Shown here in pieces: positions 24,208 to 35,972 of a stretch of 64,000 nucleotides of DNA. Origin of the DNA: Parasphingorhabdus sp. (GTDB lineage: Bacteria; Pseudomonadota; Alphaproteobacteria; Sphingomonadales; Sphingomonadaceae). The stretch is taken from the NCBI RefSeq assembly GCF_034669745.1, contig NZ_JAXMOP010000002.1; one strand, 5' to 3'. Position 1 is the first letter of the stretch. Every line of letters starts with the position of its first letter. The position numbers and the translations under genes were made by a program. The notes under the pieces were generated by a model. It did no database searches. It was not told the DNA's origin and was given only the letters and a program-made list of their open reading frames with translations.

Positions 24208-24825
24208 TCAGCTATCGAGCTTGTCAATTTTGGACTGGATATCAGCCAGCTGCTTTTTCAGATCCATGATCTCGGCGTCTTTTTCTGACGGAGTCTCTTC
24301 AGATGAATCGTCTGATTCCGACCCGCCATTGTGGCCAAGACTGAGCGCTTTTTCAAACACGCCGGCCAGCGGACTTGCCTTCAGGGCATTTTCGACGGCT
24401 TCCTGAAACTGCTTCTGGTTCTTGACCGCCATCTGTCCCAGCGGGTTTTTGTTGAGCGCGCCTTCGACCGCTTCCTGAAATTGCTTCTGGTTCTTGCGGA
24501 AATTATCCATCGACGCTTCCAGATAGGACGGCATCAGCGACTGCATGCTGTTGCCATACATCGAGATCAGCTGGCGCAGAAATTTGACCGGCAGCATCTG
24601 CTTGCCGCTGCTTTCCTCATCAACGATGATCTGGGTCAGCACATTGTGCGTGATATCTTCGCCGGTCTTGGCATCGACGACGACAAAATCCTGATCATTG
24701 CGGGTCATCTCGGCAAGAAAGTCGAGCGTGATATAGCTCGACGTCTGGGTGTTGTAGAGACGGCGATTGGCGTATTTTTTTATCGTGATCGGATCGCCTG
24801 GATTATTATGCTTGGACTTGGCCAT
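24208..24825 (-). CDS. phaR: polyhydroxyalkanoate synthesis repressor PhaR
   Basis: The likely start is the ATG at 24825, with GGAG 5 nt upstream; the track ORF starts at 24873. The N-terminal ITIKKYANRRLYNTQTSSYITL DNA-binding motif is followed by duplicated PHB_acc-type segments. Confidence 0.88.
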   Translation of the reverse strand: MAKSKHNNPGDPITIKKYANRRLYNTQTSSYITLDFLAEMTRNDQDFVVVDAKTGEDITHNVLTQIIVDEESSGKQMLPVKFLRQLISMYGNSMQSLMPSYLEASMDNFRKNQKQFQEAVEGALNKNPLGQMAVKNQKQFQEAVENALKASPLAGVFEKALSLGHNGGSESDDSSEETPSEKDAEIMDLKKQLADIQSKIDKLDS

Positions 24826-25001
24826 ATCAGCTCCAGATGGGTTAGAATTGTTGAAAGTCTCAAGACCTTCCAACCATCAAATATTAAATGTTGCACAAGC
24901 ACTAAACCTATTTGTGCATCGCCGCAACTTCTGTTGTTATGCAGCATTTTTGCGCAGCATTCTTATTTTGTGCAACTGCGTCGATGTGTTTTCCTGGGCC
25001 G

Positions 25002-26057
25002 CTATGTCCACTCTCGAGCCAAACGATTGCCGAGGCCGGTGATCAACTCATATTGCGACAGGCCCGATTGCGCTGACGCTATTTCCAGATCATATTCGCA
25101 AGCAACCCAGTCCCCTTCTGCAAGATAGGGAGCTGCCGAAAGATCAATGGCGATCAGGTCCATCGAGACCCGGCCCAGCACGGGAAGCACAATATCCTCA
25201 TGCATGAACATGCCGCTGTTCGAAAATCCCCGCAAATATCCGTCGGCATAGCCCATCGCCAATATCCCGACATTGTGGGGCTCAGCTGCGATATATTGTG
25301 CGTTATAGCCAAGCCTGTCACCCGCACGAAGTGCGCGGACCTGAATTATTTCTGCTTGCGGGATCGCCACCTGCCTGATGACGTCTACTAGCGCGGGACG
25401 TTGAATGCCGCCGTAGAGCGACAGGCCGGGACGCGTAACATCGAAATGATATTCACTACCCAGCGCGATCCCGGCGCTATTGGCCAGGCTGGTTCGCTTG
25501 CCCAGCACGATTGCCAGAGCAGCTTTAAACTGCTCGAGTTGCGCTGCGTTCTGCGGAACATCTTCATCGGCGGAGGCAAGATGGCTCATCACCATATCCA
25601 CGGACATTCCTCTGACAAGACTGGAGTCGAGATCGTCCAGATTGATGCCGAGCCGGTTCATCCCGCTGTTGATCATGATATCGCATGGCCTGCCGGACGA
25701 CTTCCAGCGCTGCACTTGTTCCAGACTGTTGAGCACCGGCTTGGCCGGAGACTGAATCGCAAAGGGCAAATCTGCCTTTCGGACGCCATTGAGCACGGAC
25801 ACCCCTGCTTTGCCGGCGGTCAGGTCTTCAATCTCCTGCGCTTCCTGCCAGTTAGCGACGAAAAAATCCTTACAACCCACTGCCATCAGCCTTTGCACAA
25901 CTTCGCGCACGCCAAGGCCATAAGCATTGGATTTTACCGCGGCTCCTGCTTTCGCCTGCCCTGACATTTGGTCAAGAGCGCGCCAGTTTGAAACCAGCGC
26001 ATCGGAATCGAGCCTGACGGTCGCGGTCGGCGGTATGATCAGTTTTGCGTCACTCAT
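25002..26057 (-). CDS. alr: alanine racemase
   Basis: The track ORF extends to 26204 and would overlap the upstream MFS gene. The internal ATG at 26057 (MSDAKLIIPPTATVRLD...) fits the family N-terminus. The PLP-lysine region AVKSNAYGLG and the C-terminal YEL..GLG.R are present. Confidence 0.88.
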   Translation of the reverse strand: MSDAKLIIPPTATVRLDSDALVSNWRALDQMSGQAKAGAAVKSNAYGLGVREVVQRLMAVGCKDFFVANWQEAQEIEDLTAGKAGVSVLNGVRKADLPFAIQSPAKPVLNSLEQVQRWKSSGRPCDIMINSGMNRLGINLDDLDSSLVRGMSVDMVMSHLASADEDVPQNAAQLEQFKAALAIVLGKRTSLANSAGIALGSEYHFDVTRPGLSLYGGIQRPALVDVIRQVAIPQAEIIQVRALRAGDRLGYNAQYIAAEPHNVGILAMGYADGYLRGFSNSGMFMHEDIVLPVLGRVSMDLIAIDLSAAPYLAEGDWVACEYDLEIASAQSGLSQYELITGLGNRLAREWT

Positions 26058-26076
26058 GAACCGAGCGATACGGCCT

Positions 26077-27714
26077 TTATGGCGCTTCGTCGAGAGCCGC
26101 TTCGGGGTCATTGGGAATGCCCCACCATGCAACAATGACCCCGAATGCGACCACGACCCATGTGTACCAGAGACCGGCATAGATATCGCCGGATCGAGCG
26201 ACAATATATCCGGCGATCAGCGGCAGGAAGCCACCCAGATAGCCTGCCCCGATATGATAGGGTATCGACATGGAGCTGTAGCGGATTTTGGCCGGAAACA
26301 TTTCAGACAGCAAAGCGGCAACCGATCCATAGGTCAAGGCGCTCAAGCCACCCAATACCAGCAAGATCGCGACAATCCCCAATATGCTAATCATGCCTGG
26401 TTGCTGTTTGGCAAAATCATAACCGTACATCGAAAGCGACTTGCGAACGCCGCTACTGCGAGCATCGCCATCCACCAGCCATGCAGGATCAATGGCGATC
26501 GCATTGCTCCCGGCGCTGAGGCTCAATTCACTGGATTCAGTCAGCGTGTAGGAAACGCCAGCGGATGTCAGGGTCTCCAATATTTTACCGCAATCGCTCT
26601 GTTCTCTACTGAAGAGTTCGGCAAAAGGATCAGTGCTACAGCCACTGCCCTCAACCCGCACCGGATTAGCCTCCGCTGCTTCGGTCAGTCCAGGGTTGGC
26701 AAAATGGCCCAGTGCCCAAAATGCCGGAAATAATAATAACAGCGAGAGCAGAGCGCCAACGATAATCGGCTTCTTGCGGCCGACCCTGTCCGACCATTTG
26801 CCGACAACAAGATAGAATGACATGGCGATCAGGCCGGAGACAAACAAAATAATGTCGACGGTCCGCGCCTCCATATTCATCGGTCCGCGCAGGAACGACA
26901 TGCCCGAGAAAAAGGCGGTGTACCAGATGGTCGTCAATATGCCGGTGATGCCGAAAAGAGCCACGAAGATGCGCTTCTTGTTTCCGGGATAAGTGAAGCT
27001 TTCGACAAAGGGATTGCCGGCAGTTTCACCTGCCGCTTTCATCGCCTGAAATACCGGGCTTTCATTGAGTTTCAGCCGCATCCACAGCGATATCGCCAGC
27101 AGGATGATCGAAAGAAGAAACGGTACCCGCCAGCCCCATTCGTTAAAGGCTTGCTCCGGGATCAGGAAGCGACAGGCCAATATGACGCCGATCGAAAGGA
27201 CAAATCCGCCGGCGACGCTGGCCTGGATATAGCTTGTATAATAGCCGCGCTTTTCGGTGGGTGCATGTTCGGCCACATAAATGGCTGCGCCGCCATATTC
27301 GCCGCCGAGGGCAAGACCCTGCAATATCCGCAGGAAGATCACGATCAGCGGAGCCGCCAGCCCGATTGTCTCCGCGCTCGGAATGAAGCCGACACCGGCG
27401 GTCGCAATGCCCATCAGAGTGACCGTGACAAGAAATGTATATTTGCGTCCGAGCTTGTCGCCAAGAAAACCGAAAAGGATCGCACCGACAGGACGGAAGC
27501 CGAAGCCGATGGCAAAGGTCGCCCATACCATCAAAACTTCAAGTGTCGGATTTCCGCTTGGAAAGAAGGTCGGCCCAATAATATAAAATAATGTGCCGTA
27601 AATGAAAAAATCATACCATTCGAAAATGGTGCCAGCGGACGAGGCCGCGATGACCAGCCTGATTTCTTTCGCGGTCGGTTCGCGCTGTCCCGCCGCTGCA
27701 ACTTCACTGGCCAT
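26077..27714 (-). CDS. MFS transporter of the metabolite:H+ symporter type, with an insertion of about 100 aa in the TM9-TM10 loop
   Basis: 545 aa with 12 predicted TM segments, GDKLGRK and DRVGRKK motif-A-like loops, and a hydrophilic insert at about residues 337-440 containing two Cys. Confidence 0.85.
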   Translation of the reverse strand: MASEVAAAGQREPTAKEIRLVIAASSAGTIFEWYDFFIYGTLFYIIGPTFFPSGNPTLEVLMVWATFAIGFGFRPVGAILFGFLGDKLGRKYTFLVTVTLMGIATAGVGFIPSAETIGLAAPLIVIFLRILQGLALGGEYGGAAIYVAEHAPTEKRGYYTSYIQASVAGGFVLSIGVILACRFLIPEQAFNEWGWRVPFLLSIILLAISLWMRLKLNESPVFQAMKAAGETAGNPFVESFTYPGNKKRIFVALFGITGILTTIWYTAFFSGMSFLRGPMNMEARTVDIILFVSGLIAMSFYLVVGKWSDRVGRKKPIIVGALLSLLLLFPAFWALGHFANPGLTEAAEANPVRVEGSGCSTDPFAELFSREQSDCGKILETLTSAGVSYTLTESSELSLSAGSNAIAIDPAWLVDGDARSSGVRKSLSMYGYDFAKQQPGMISILGIVAILLVLGGLSALTYGSVAALLSEMFPAKIRYSSMSIPYHIGAGYLGGFLPLIAGYIVARSGDIYAGLWYTWVVVAFGVIVAWWGIPNDPEAALDEAP

Positions 27715-27738
27715 CCATTGCCCTCCCCAAGGCGATAA

Positions 27739-29708
<1,970 letters not shown>

Positions 29709-29709
<1 letters not shown>

Positions 29710-29960
29710 TAAGTCTTGTCTTTCGTCATGTGGCGCACGAGCAGAACGCCTCCAATAAATAGCAGAATCGGTAAAACGGGAAATGCAATAAACTTGGCTA
29801 CGCCGTCATTTTCACAACCGGATCCGTCGGGGTTAGGCGCACAATGGCTGAGCGCTGAAAATAAAATTCCGAAAACACCAACGACAATCGCAGAAAGGGA
29901 ATAGATGGAGCAACCAAGCTTTTGAGCAACGGTCAGCCCCGGTTGTTCGGTAAAACTCAC
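29709..29960 (-). CDS. small two-TM membrane protein, unknown function
   Basis: 83 aa. Its GTG start overlaps the bioB stop (GTGA) and its stop overlaps the pccA start (TAATG). Two hydrophobic helices flank a Cys-containing loop ([14 protein letters not shown]). Confidence 0.45.
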
Positions 29961-31045
29961 TCAGCAGCCTCCAGCTCAACATTCCGCTGCTCTGCCGCCA
30001 TCGGCACCAGCCCCAGCTTGGCAAACATTGCCTCATCGGCATCATCGCCGGCATTGCCGGTGGTCAGCAATTTGTCGCCGGTGAAGATGCTATTGGCGCC
30101 GGCAAGGAAGCACAACGCCTGCGTGCTTTCGCTCATGCTTTCGCGGCCAGCGGACAGGCGCACCATCGACGCCGGCATGGTGATCCGTGCCACCGCGATC
30201 GTGCGGACAAATTCGATATCGTCGATCTTCGCCAGCGGCGTGTCGGCCAGCATATCGCCGAGCACGGTACCCTTGACCGGCACCAGAGCATTTACCGGAA
30301 CGCTTTCCGGATGCCGCGGCAAGGTCGCCAGCGCATGGACAAAGCCAACCCGGTCTTCGCGGGTCTCGCCCATGCCGACGATACCGCCGGAACAGACATT
30401 GATGCCGCTGTTCCTGACATTCTCCAGCGTTTCGAGCCGGTCCTCGAAGGTGCGCGTGGTGATTACCTTCTCATAATGTTCCGGCGAGGTGTCGATATTG
30501 TGGTTGTAATAGTCCAGCCCCGCCTCGGCGAGCATCTGCGACTGTTTCTCGGTCAGCATGCCCAGAGTCATGCAGGTTTCCATGCCCATCTGCCGCACGC
30601 CCTGAACCATCTCGATAATCGCCGGCATATCGCGATCCTTGGGATTGCGCCACGCCGCGCCCATGCAGAAACGCGACGACCCGCGATCCTTCGCCTGCGC
30701 TGCGGTTTGCAGCACGGTCCGCACGTCGAGCAATTTTTCCGCCTTCAGTCCGGACTTCGCGCCAGCCGACTGGTTGCAATAGCCGCAATCTTCCGGACAG
30801 CCGCCGGTCTTGATCGACAGCAGGGTCGACATCTGCACCTGCCCCGGTGTGTGATTGGCACGGTGCACAGTTGCTGCCTGAAAGACCAGGTCATCAAACG
30901 GCAGGTCGAACAGCGCCGCGATTTCCTCGCGGGTCCAGTCGTTGCGGACATTGTTCTCCGGCGAAGGCCGGAGTCCAGTCGATAGATCAGGATCATTCTG
31001 GGCCCCGGCCTGCGCCGGGGAACTGATATTTTCGTCCAAACTCAT
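29957..31045 (-). CDS. bioB: biotin synthase
   Basis: 362 aa with the radical-SAM motif CPEDCGYC plus YNHNIDT and GGIVGMGE. It has a hydrophilic N-terminal extension of about 40 aa. Its start overlaps the mutase stop (ATGA). Confidence 0.92.
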   Translation of the reverse strand: MSLDENISSPAQAGAQNDPDLSTGLRPSPENNVRNDWTREEIAALFDLPFDDLVFQAATVHRANHTPGQVQMSTLLSIKTGGCPEDCGYCNQSAGAKSGLKAEKLLDVRTVLQTAAQAKDRGSSRFCMGAAWRNPKDRDMPAIIEMVQGVRQMGMETCMTLGMLTEKQSQMLAEAGLDYYNHNIDTSPEHYEKVITTRTFEDRLETLENVRNSGINVCSGGIVGMGETREDRVGFVHALATLPRHPESVPVNALVPVKGTVLGDMLADTPLAKIDDIEFVRTIAVARITMPASMVRLSAGRESMSESTQALCFLAGANSIFTGDKLLTTGNAGDDADEAMFAKLGLVPMAAEQRNVELEAAE

Positions 31046-33177
31046 TCCGCAGCTTTCTCTTCGGGAGGCATATTATGCCCCAGCAATCTCAATATGTCCG
31101 CGGCACATTCCACAATATTGCTGCCCGGTCCATAGATTCCGACCACCCCGCTCTTGCGCAGAAATTCATAATCCTTGGCCGGGATAACACCGCCAGCAAA
31201 AATCTTGATATCGCCGCGCCCGGCTTCTTTCAGCAGGTTGATCAATTCGGGGATCAGGGTCTTGTGACCCGCCGCAAGGCTGGACGCGCCGACCGCATCA
31301 ACATTTTCCGCCAGAGCGAGATCGCGCGTTTCGCCGGGCGTCTGGAACAAAGGTCCGGAAACCACGTCAAAGCCCATATCGGCAAAGGCGCTGGACACGA
31401 CATTGGCGCCACGATCATGACCATCCTGCCCCATTTTCGCGACCAGGATTTTTGGTTTGCGGCCCAATCGCTGCGACACGGCGTCGACGCCTTCGATGAC
31501 CATAGCATAGCGGGCATTGCCCTCATAAGCAGCGCCATAAATGCCTTTGACCGGCGTCGGACGCGTTTCGTAGCGGCCAAAGACCGCTTCCATCGCGTCG
31601 GATATTTCACCGAGCGAAGCCCGCTTCCGCGCAGCATCAACCGCGAGCGCCAGCACGTTGCCGCTACCTTTCGCGCCTTCGGTCAGCGCCTTGAGCGCTG
31701 CCTGACAGGCTGCTTCGTCACGATCTGCGCGCATTTTCTCAAGCCGCTTGATCTGACCATCGCGAACCATCGCATTGTCGATATCCAGCGTTTCCATCGC
31801 GTCTTCTTCGGCCAGACGATATTTGTTCACCCCGACGATCACCGCATCGCCCTTGTCGACTGCGGCCTGTCGACCGGCAGCGGCTTCCTCGATCATCGCT
31901 TTCGGCCAGCCATCGGCAACCGCCTTGGCCATGCCGCCCTCGGCATCGACGCGTTCGATAATCTCCCAGGCTTTTTCGACCAACTCGTCGGTCAGCGCCT
32001 CGACATAATAGCTGCCACCGAGCGGATCGACGACCTTGGTGATACCGGCCTCTTCCTGCAGCACGATCTGGGTGTTGCGGGCAATACGGGCACTAAAATC
32101 GGTCGGCAGTGCAATCGCTTCGTCGAGCGCATTGGTGTGCAGCGACTGGGTTCCGCCCAAAGTCGCAGCCATCGCCTCGATCGTTGTGCGGATCACGTTG
32201 TTATACGGATCCTGCTCGGTCAGCGACACGCCCGATGTCTGGCAATGGGTGCGCAGCATTTTCGATCGCTCGGATTGCGCGCCAAGATCGGTCATCACGC
32301 GATGCCACAAGGTTCGGGCGGCCCGCAGCTTCGACACTTCCATGAAGAAGTTCATGCCGATCCCGAAAAAGAAGCTCAAACGCCCAGCAAATGCATCAAC
32401 GTCAAGACCGGTCGCCATCGCCTGCTTGGCATATTCCCGGCCATCGGCAATCGTAAACGCCAGTTCCTGCACCGCCGTCGCACCGGCTTCATGCATATGA
32501 TAGCCGCTGATCGAAATGCTGTTGAACTTTGGCATATGCTCGGACGTGTAGCCGATAATGTCGGAAATGATCCGCATCGAGGGCGCGGGCGGATAGATAT
32601 AGGTGTTGCGGACCATGAACTCTTTCAGAATATCATTCTGGATCGTGCCGGAGAGCTTCTCCTGAGAAACCCCCTGCTCTTCTGCTGCAATGATATAGAA
32701 AGCGAGACACGGGATCACCGCGCCGTTCATTGTCATCGAGACCGACATTTCGTCGAGCGGAATCTGGTCGAACAGGATTTTCATATCCTCGACGCTGTCA
32801 ATCGCCACACCCGCCTTGCCAACGTCACCGACGACGCGCGGATGATCGCTGTCATAACCGCGATGGGTAGCGAGATCGAACGCAACCGACAGACCCTTTT
32901 GCCCTGCCGCCAGATTGCGGCGATAGAAAGCATTGGATTCCTCGGCGGTCGAGAATCCGGCATATTGCCGGATCGTCCAGGGCCGTCCGGCATACATGCT
33001 GGCCTTGACGCCACGGGTGAACGGCCCGAAGCCGGGCAATCCCGGATCACCGGCATCCTCCGCTGTATAGAGCGGCTTGACGGCAATGCCTTCCGGGGTT
33101 TGCCAGGTCAGGTCGCGGCCTTTGACTTCCTTGTCAGCCAGTTCCTGCCAGTCTTTGATTGTTGGTTTATCGGTCAT
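31042..33177 (-). CDS. scpA: methylmalonyl-CoA mutase, single-chain large form (B12-dependent)
   Basis: 711 aa with a substrate-binding TIM barrel ([31 protein letters not shown]) and a C-terminal B12-binding domain ([10 protein letters not shown]). Confidence 0.93.
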   Translation of the reverse strand: MTDKPTIKDWQELADKEVKGRDLTWQTPEGIAVKPLYTAEDAGDPGLPGFGPFTRGVKASMYAGRPWTIRQYAGFSTAEESNAFYRRNLAAGQKGLSVAFDLATHRGYDSDHPRVVGDVGKAGVAIDSVEDMKILFDQIPLDEMSVSMTMNGAVIPCLAFYIIAAEEQGVSQEKLSGTIQNDILKEFMVRNTYIYPPAPSMRIISDIIGYTSEHMPKFNSISISGYHMHEAGATAVQELAFTIADGREYAKQAMATGLDVDAFAGRLSFFFGIGMNFFMEVSKLRAARTLWHRVMTDLGAQSERSKMLRTHCQTSGVSLTEQDPYNNVIRTTIEAMAATLGGTQSLHTNALDEAIALPTDFSARIARNTQIVLQEEAGITKVVDPLGGSYYVEALTDELVEKAWEIIERVDAEGGMAKAVADGWPKAMIEEAAAGRQAAVDKGDAVIVGVNKYRLAEEDAMETLDIDNAMVRDGQIKRLEKMRADRDEAACQAALKALTEGAKGSGNVLALAVDAARKRASLGEISDAMEAVFGRYETRPTPVKGIYGAAYEGNARYAMVIEGVDAVSQRLGRKPKILVAKMGQDGHDRGANVVSSAFADMGFDVVSGPLFQTPGETRDLALAENVDAVGASSLAAGHKTLIPELINLLKEAGRGDIKIFAGGVIPAKDYEFLRKSGVVGIYGPGSNIVECAADILRLLGHNMPPEEKAAE

Positions 33178-33240
33178 AATATCGCCATCGTGATATGAAG
33201 AGAGAAATCCATCACTTATATAAGGTAGTTATACAAGTCA

Positions 33241-34023
33241 TCAATTGCCTTTGAATTCGGACTTGCGCTTCTGCAGGAACGACAGAGCGCCTTCCCTTGC
33301 GTCTGCGCTATCGCCAGCAACTCTCTGCCCCTCTGCTTCACGCAGCAAGGCGGTGGCATAATCGCATTCCAGCGCTTCGGTTAGATTTTTGCGCATGATT
33401 CCCAGAGCCACGGTCGGACCGCTGGCAAGCCGCTTTGCCAGGCTCATCGCTTCGTCGATCAGCGCGTCCGGCTCGACAACCTTGTGGATCGCGCCCCATT
33501 CCAGAGCTTTTGCCGCAGGCAGCTTCTCGCCGAGCATCATCATCTCGGTGGCGCGTGCCTTGCCAACCAGCCGGGTCAGCATCCAGCTCGCGCCACCGTC
33601 GGGAACCAGCCCGATATTGACGAAAGCCTGCAGAAAATAAGCTTTCTCGCTGGCGATCACGAAATCCGGAGCCAGTCCGATCGAACAGCCGACGCCGGCA
33701 GCGGGTCCGTTGACCGCGCTGATCGTCGGAATATTCAGCTTGTGCAGTTTGAGCAGCATCGGATTATAATGGCGGGTCAGCGCCTTGTAGCTGCCCTGGC
33801 CACCGGAAATCTCGCTATCGCGGCCGCCCTGCAAGTCGGCTCCGGAGCAGAAACCCTTGCCTTCGCCGGTGATCACCAGCACCCGTGCATCACCGAGATG
33901 ATCCATGGCATTGTTGATATCATCGGCCATGTCCAGTGAACAGGCGTTGAGCCGTTCCGGCTTGTTGAGCGTGATGGTTGCCACCTGATCGGCGATGTCA
34001 AACTTGATGTTTTCGAATTCCAT
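33241..34023 (-). CDS. enoyl-CoA hydratase/isomerase (crotonase) family protein
   Basis: 260 aa with the crotonase fold motifs GKGFCSGADL and AVNGPAAGVG. Confidence 0.85.
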   Translation of the reverse strand: MEFENIKFDIADQVATITLNKPERLNACSLDMADDINNAMDHLGDARVLVITGEGKGFCSGADLQGGRDSEISGGQGSYKALTRHYNPMLLKLHKLNIPTISAVNGPAAGVGCSIGLAPDFVIASEKAYFLQAFVNIGLVPDGGASWMLTRLVGKARATEMMMLGEKLPAAKALEWGAIHKVVEPDALIDEAMSLAKRLASGPTVALGIMRKNLTEALECDYATALLREAEGQRVAGDSADAREGALSFLQKRKSEFKGN

Positions 34024-34049
34024 ATTTGGTCCTTTTGAACTGAAACGTA

Positions 34050-34091
34050 ATCCTGAACTTGTTTCAGGAGGTCCTGAAACAAGTTCAGGAT
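34050..34091. repeat. perfect 20-bp inverted repeat (ATCCTGAACTTGTTTCAGGA gg TCCTGAAACAAGTTCAGGAT), a REP-like palindrome
   Basis: The arms are at 34050-34069 and 34072-34091 with a 2-nt spacer. Each arm is itself internally palindromic (TCCTGAA...TTCAGGA). It lies between the mce stop and the enoyl-CoA hydratase start. Confidence 0.9.
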
Positions 34092-34104
34092 GACGATCCT
34101 ATGA

Positions 34105-34539
34105 TTAATGCCCTTTGGGCGTTTCCATGATTTCGGTTAGCATCCCGCCCATATCCTTGGGATGCACAAAAAAGATAAGCGTGCCATGTGCACCGATGCG
34201 GGGTTCACCAAGCACTCGCTTGCCCATCGCTTCGAATTCCTCCTTGGCGGCATGAATATCCGGCACTTCGAAACATATATGGTGCTGTCCGCCGAGCGGG
34301 TTTTTGGTGAGAAAGCCGAATATCGGACTGTCTTCGCCGAGCGGCTCGATCAGTTCGATCTGGGTGCCGTTGGTTGGCCCTTCGGCCGGGGTGTCGACGA
34401 AACAGACCTTCACACCCTGCGCAGGCAGATCGAACGGTTCGCCAATCGATGTAGCGCCCATGACATCGCGCCAATGGGCGATGCTGTCGGGAATCGATGG
34501 CGTCACCACGCCGATATGGTTCAGTCTACCCAGTTTCAT
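34105..34539 (-). CDS. mce: methylmalonyl-CoA epimerase (VOC/glyoxalase fold)
   Basis: 144 aa with MKLGRLNHIGVV and HHICFEV metal ligands, in methylmalonyl-pathway context. Confidence 0.88.
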   Translation of the reverse strand: MKLGRLNHIGVVTPSIPDSIAHWRDVMGATSIGEPFDLPAQGVKVCFVDTPAEGPTNGTQIELIEPLGEDSPIFGFLTKNPLGGQHHICFEVPDIHAAKEEFEAMGKRVLGEPRIGAHGTLIFFVHPKDMGGMLTEIMETPKGH

Positions 34540-34556
34540 TCCATTTCTCCGTTGCC

Positions 34557-34637
34557 GTCATTGCGAGCGCAGCGAAGCAATCCAGGGCGTCGCTTGCCGC
34601 TCTGGATTGCTTCGTCGCTGTCGCTCCTCGCAATGAC
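34557..34637. repeat. 81-bp compound palindromic element (GTCATTGCGAG...CGAAGCAATCCAG / CTGGATTGCTTCG...CTCGCAATGAC), REP/MITE-like
   Basis: The outer 11-bp stem pairs 34557-34567 with 34627-34637. The inner 13-bp stem pairs 34573-34585 with 34602-34614. I recall this sequence type as a dispersed intergenic repeat in alphaproteobacteria. Confidence 0.85.
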
Positions 34638-34662
34638 GAAATGATCATTCATATCCATTGTT

Positions 34663-35607
34663 TCAGTGCCCCTCTCCATGCGGCATGAATCGGTGCGCCA
34701 GCGGCGCTATCCCGGCTCCCACCAGCACGCCGAGTATCCCCGACAAAAGCGCAAAGGCTATCCCGCCGACCATCAACTTTGCTGAGGCCGGGAACAGGCC
34801 AAGCAGTGGATGCGACAGCCAGTCGATCAGATGTTCCGGCCCGTGCCAGCCCAGCGCCGCCAGATTGTGGACCAGCAATCCGCCACCGACCCAGGCCATG
34901 GCCAGCGTGCCGATGATCGACAAGGCGGCGAGCAGTTTCGGCATCAGCCGGACCAGACTGCAGCCGAAGCTTCTCAACACGCCATCATTATTCTGCGCGA
35001 TATGCAGGCCGATGTCATCCATCTTCACGATCAGCGCGACCGCGCCGTAGACGGCGACGGTGATCACGATGCCGATGATCGCCAAGATGATCGCTTGTTC
35101 CCACCAGACCTGATTGGTCAGTTCCGACAGGGCAATGGCCATGATCTCGCCGGACAGGATCAGGTCGGTGCGGATCGCGCCCGAAACCATATCTTCCTCG
35201 CGGCCAGGCCCTTCGATAATCGCTGGCTGGTCATGTTTTGTGGACTCGTCGACATGGAAAAGCTCGAGCACTTTTTCGGCGGCCTCGTAACAGAGGAACA
35301 AACCGCCGAAAATCAGGATGATCGGTATCAAAAAGGGCGCAAATTGCCCCAAAAGCACCGCTGCCGGTAGCAAAAACACCAGCTTGTTCTTGAACGACCC
35401 CTTGGTGATTTTCCAGATCATCGGCAATTCGCGCGACGGATCGAAACCGGTCACATAGGTCGGCGTAACCGCCGCGTCATCAATCACCACGCCGGCCGAC
35501 TTGGTGCCGGCCTTGGTCGCGGCGAGCCCAATATCGTCAACCGATGCGGCTGCGACTTTCGCAATGGCCGCGACGTCGTCGAGGAGGGCTACTAGGCCTG
35601 TTGGCAT
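34663..35607 (-). CDS. DUF808 (YedI-like) inner-membrane protein
   Basis: 314 aa. The N-terminal LLDDVAAIAKVAAASVDD... segment and the polytopic body are typical of the DUF808 family. Confidence 0.75.
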   Translation of the reverse strand: MPTGLVALLDDVAAIAKVAAASVDDIGLAATKAGTKSAGVVIDDAAVTPTYVTGFDPSRELPMIWKITKGSFKNKLVFLLPAAVLLGQFAPFLIPIILIFGGLFLCYEAAEKVLELFHVDESTKHDQPAIIEGPGREEDMVSGAIRTDLILSGEIMAIALSELTNQVWWEQAIILAIIGIVITVAVYGAVALIVKMDDIGLHIAQNNDGVLRSFGCSLVRLMPKLLAALSIIGTLAMAWVGGGLLVHNLAALGWHGPEHLIDWLSHPLLGLFPASAKLMVGGIAFALLSGILGVLVGAGIAPLAHRFMPHGEGH

Positions 35608-35972
35608 TACTGTCTCTTTTCCCCGCTGGTTTTGAACTCTGCTCGTACCGAATCAATCACGGTATCGTATGCCTTGCTCCATAGTTGCCGGCCTTCGACA
35701 TTATCTTTAAGCACCCGGTTCATGTTTAATCCGTCCTGTAGCAAGACATGGAAATTAGACTGATGTCCCCATTCAACATCGCATTCCCGCCATTCTTTTA
35801 TGAACTGTTGTCGCCATTGAAGCGGATGCTCTGTTGCAAGAGATTTAATCGCTGAATCTTCATTTTCATAAAATACCGATTGGTCTTCATTCCAAACCCA
35901 AGAGATACCTTCAAATAGCGTCGGCCAACGTTCTTCGGCCTCTAATCGTAATTCTCGTCGACGTCGGCTCAC
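35607..35972 (-). CDS. hypothetical cytoplasmic protein (Trp- and acid-rich), no recognisable family
   Basis: 121 aa. Its GTG start overlaps the pccB stop (GTGA) and its stop overlaps the DUF808 start (TAATG). It looks visibly AT-richer than the flanking genes. Confidence 0.5.
   Translation of the reverse strand: MSRRRRELRLEAEERWPTLFEGISWVWNEDQSVFYENEDSAIKSLATEHPLQWRQQFIKEWRECDVEWGHQSNFHVLLQDGLNMNRVLKDNVEGRQLWSKAYDTVIDSVRAEFKTSGEKRQ

Noticed and set aside
24385-24500. 72-nt-spaced internal duplication in phaR (KNQKQFQEAVE.. repeated 24 aa apart)
   Set aside because: PhaR proteins normally contain two copies of the PHB-accumulation regulatory segment. This is a family feature, not a recent duplication of interest.
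31075-33198. 707-aa ORF on the plus strand, almost exactly mirroring the methylmalonyl-CoA mutase gene
   Set aside because: This is a shadow ORF. Its translation is low-complexity and Arg/Gly/His-rich with no recognisable domain, whereas the minus-strand product is a textbook mutase. Long antisense open frames are expected in GC-biased genes whose codon usage avoids TTA, CTA and TCA.
34497-34688. Short ORFs reading through the 81-bp palindromic element (e.g. ...VIASAAKQSRASLAALDCFVAVAPRNDE...)
   Set aside because: These are translation artefacts of a REP/MITE-like palindrome. The same pseudo-peptide appears on both strands because of the dyad symmetry.
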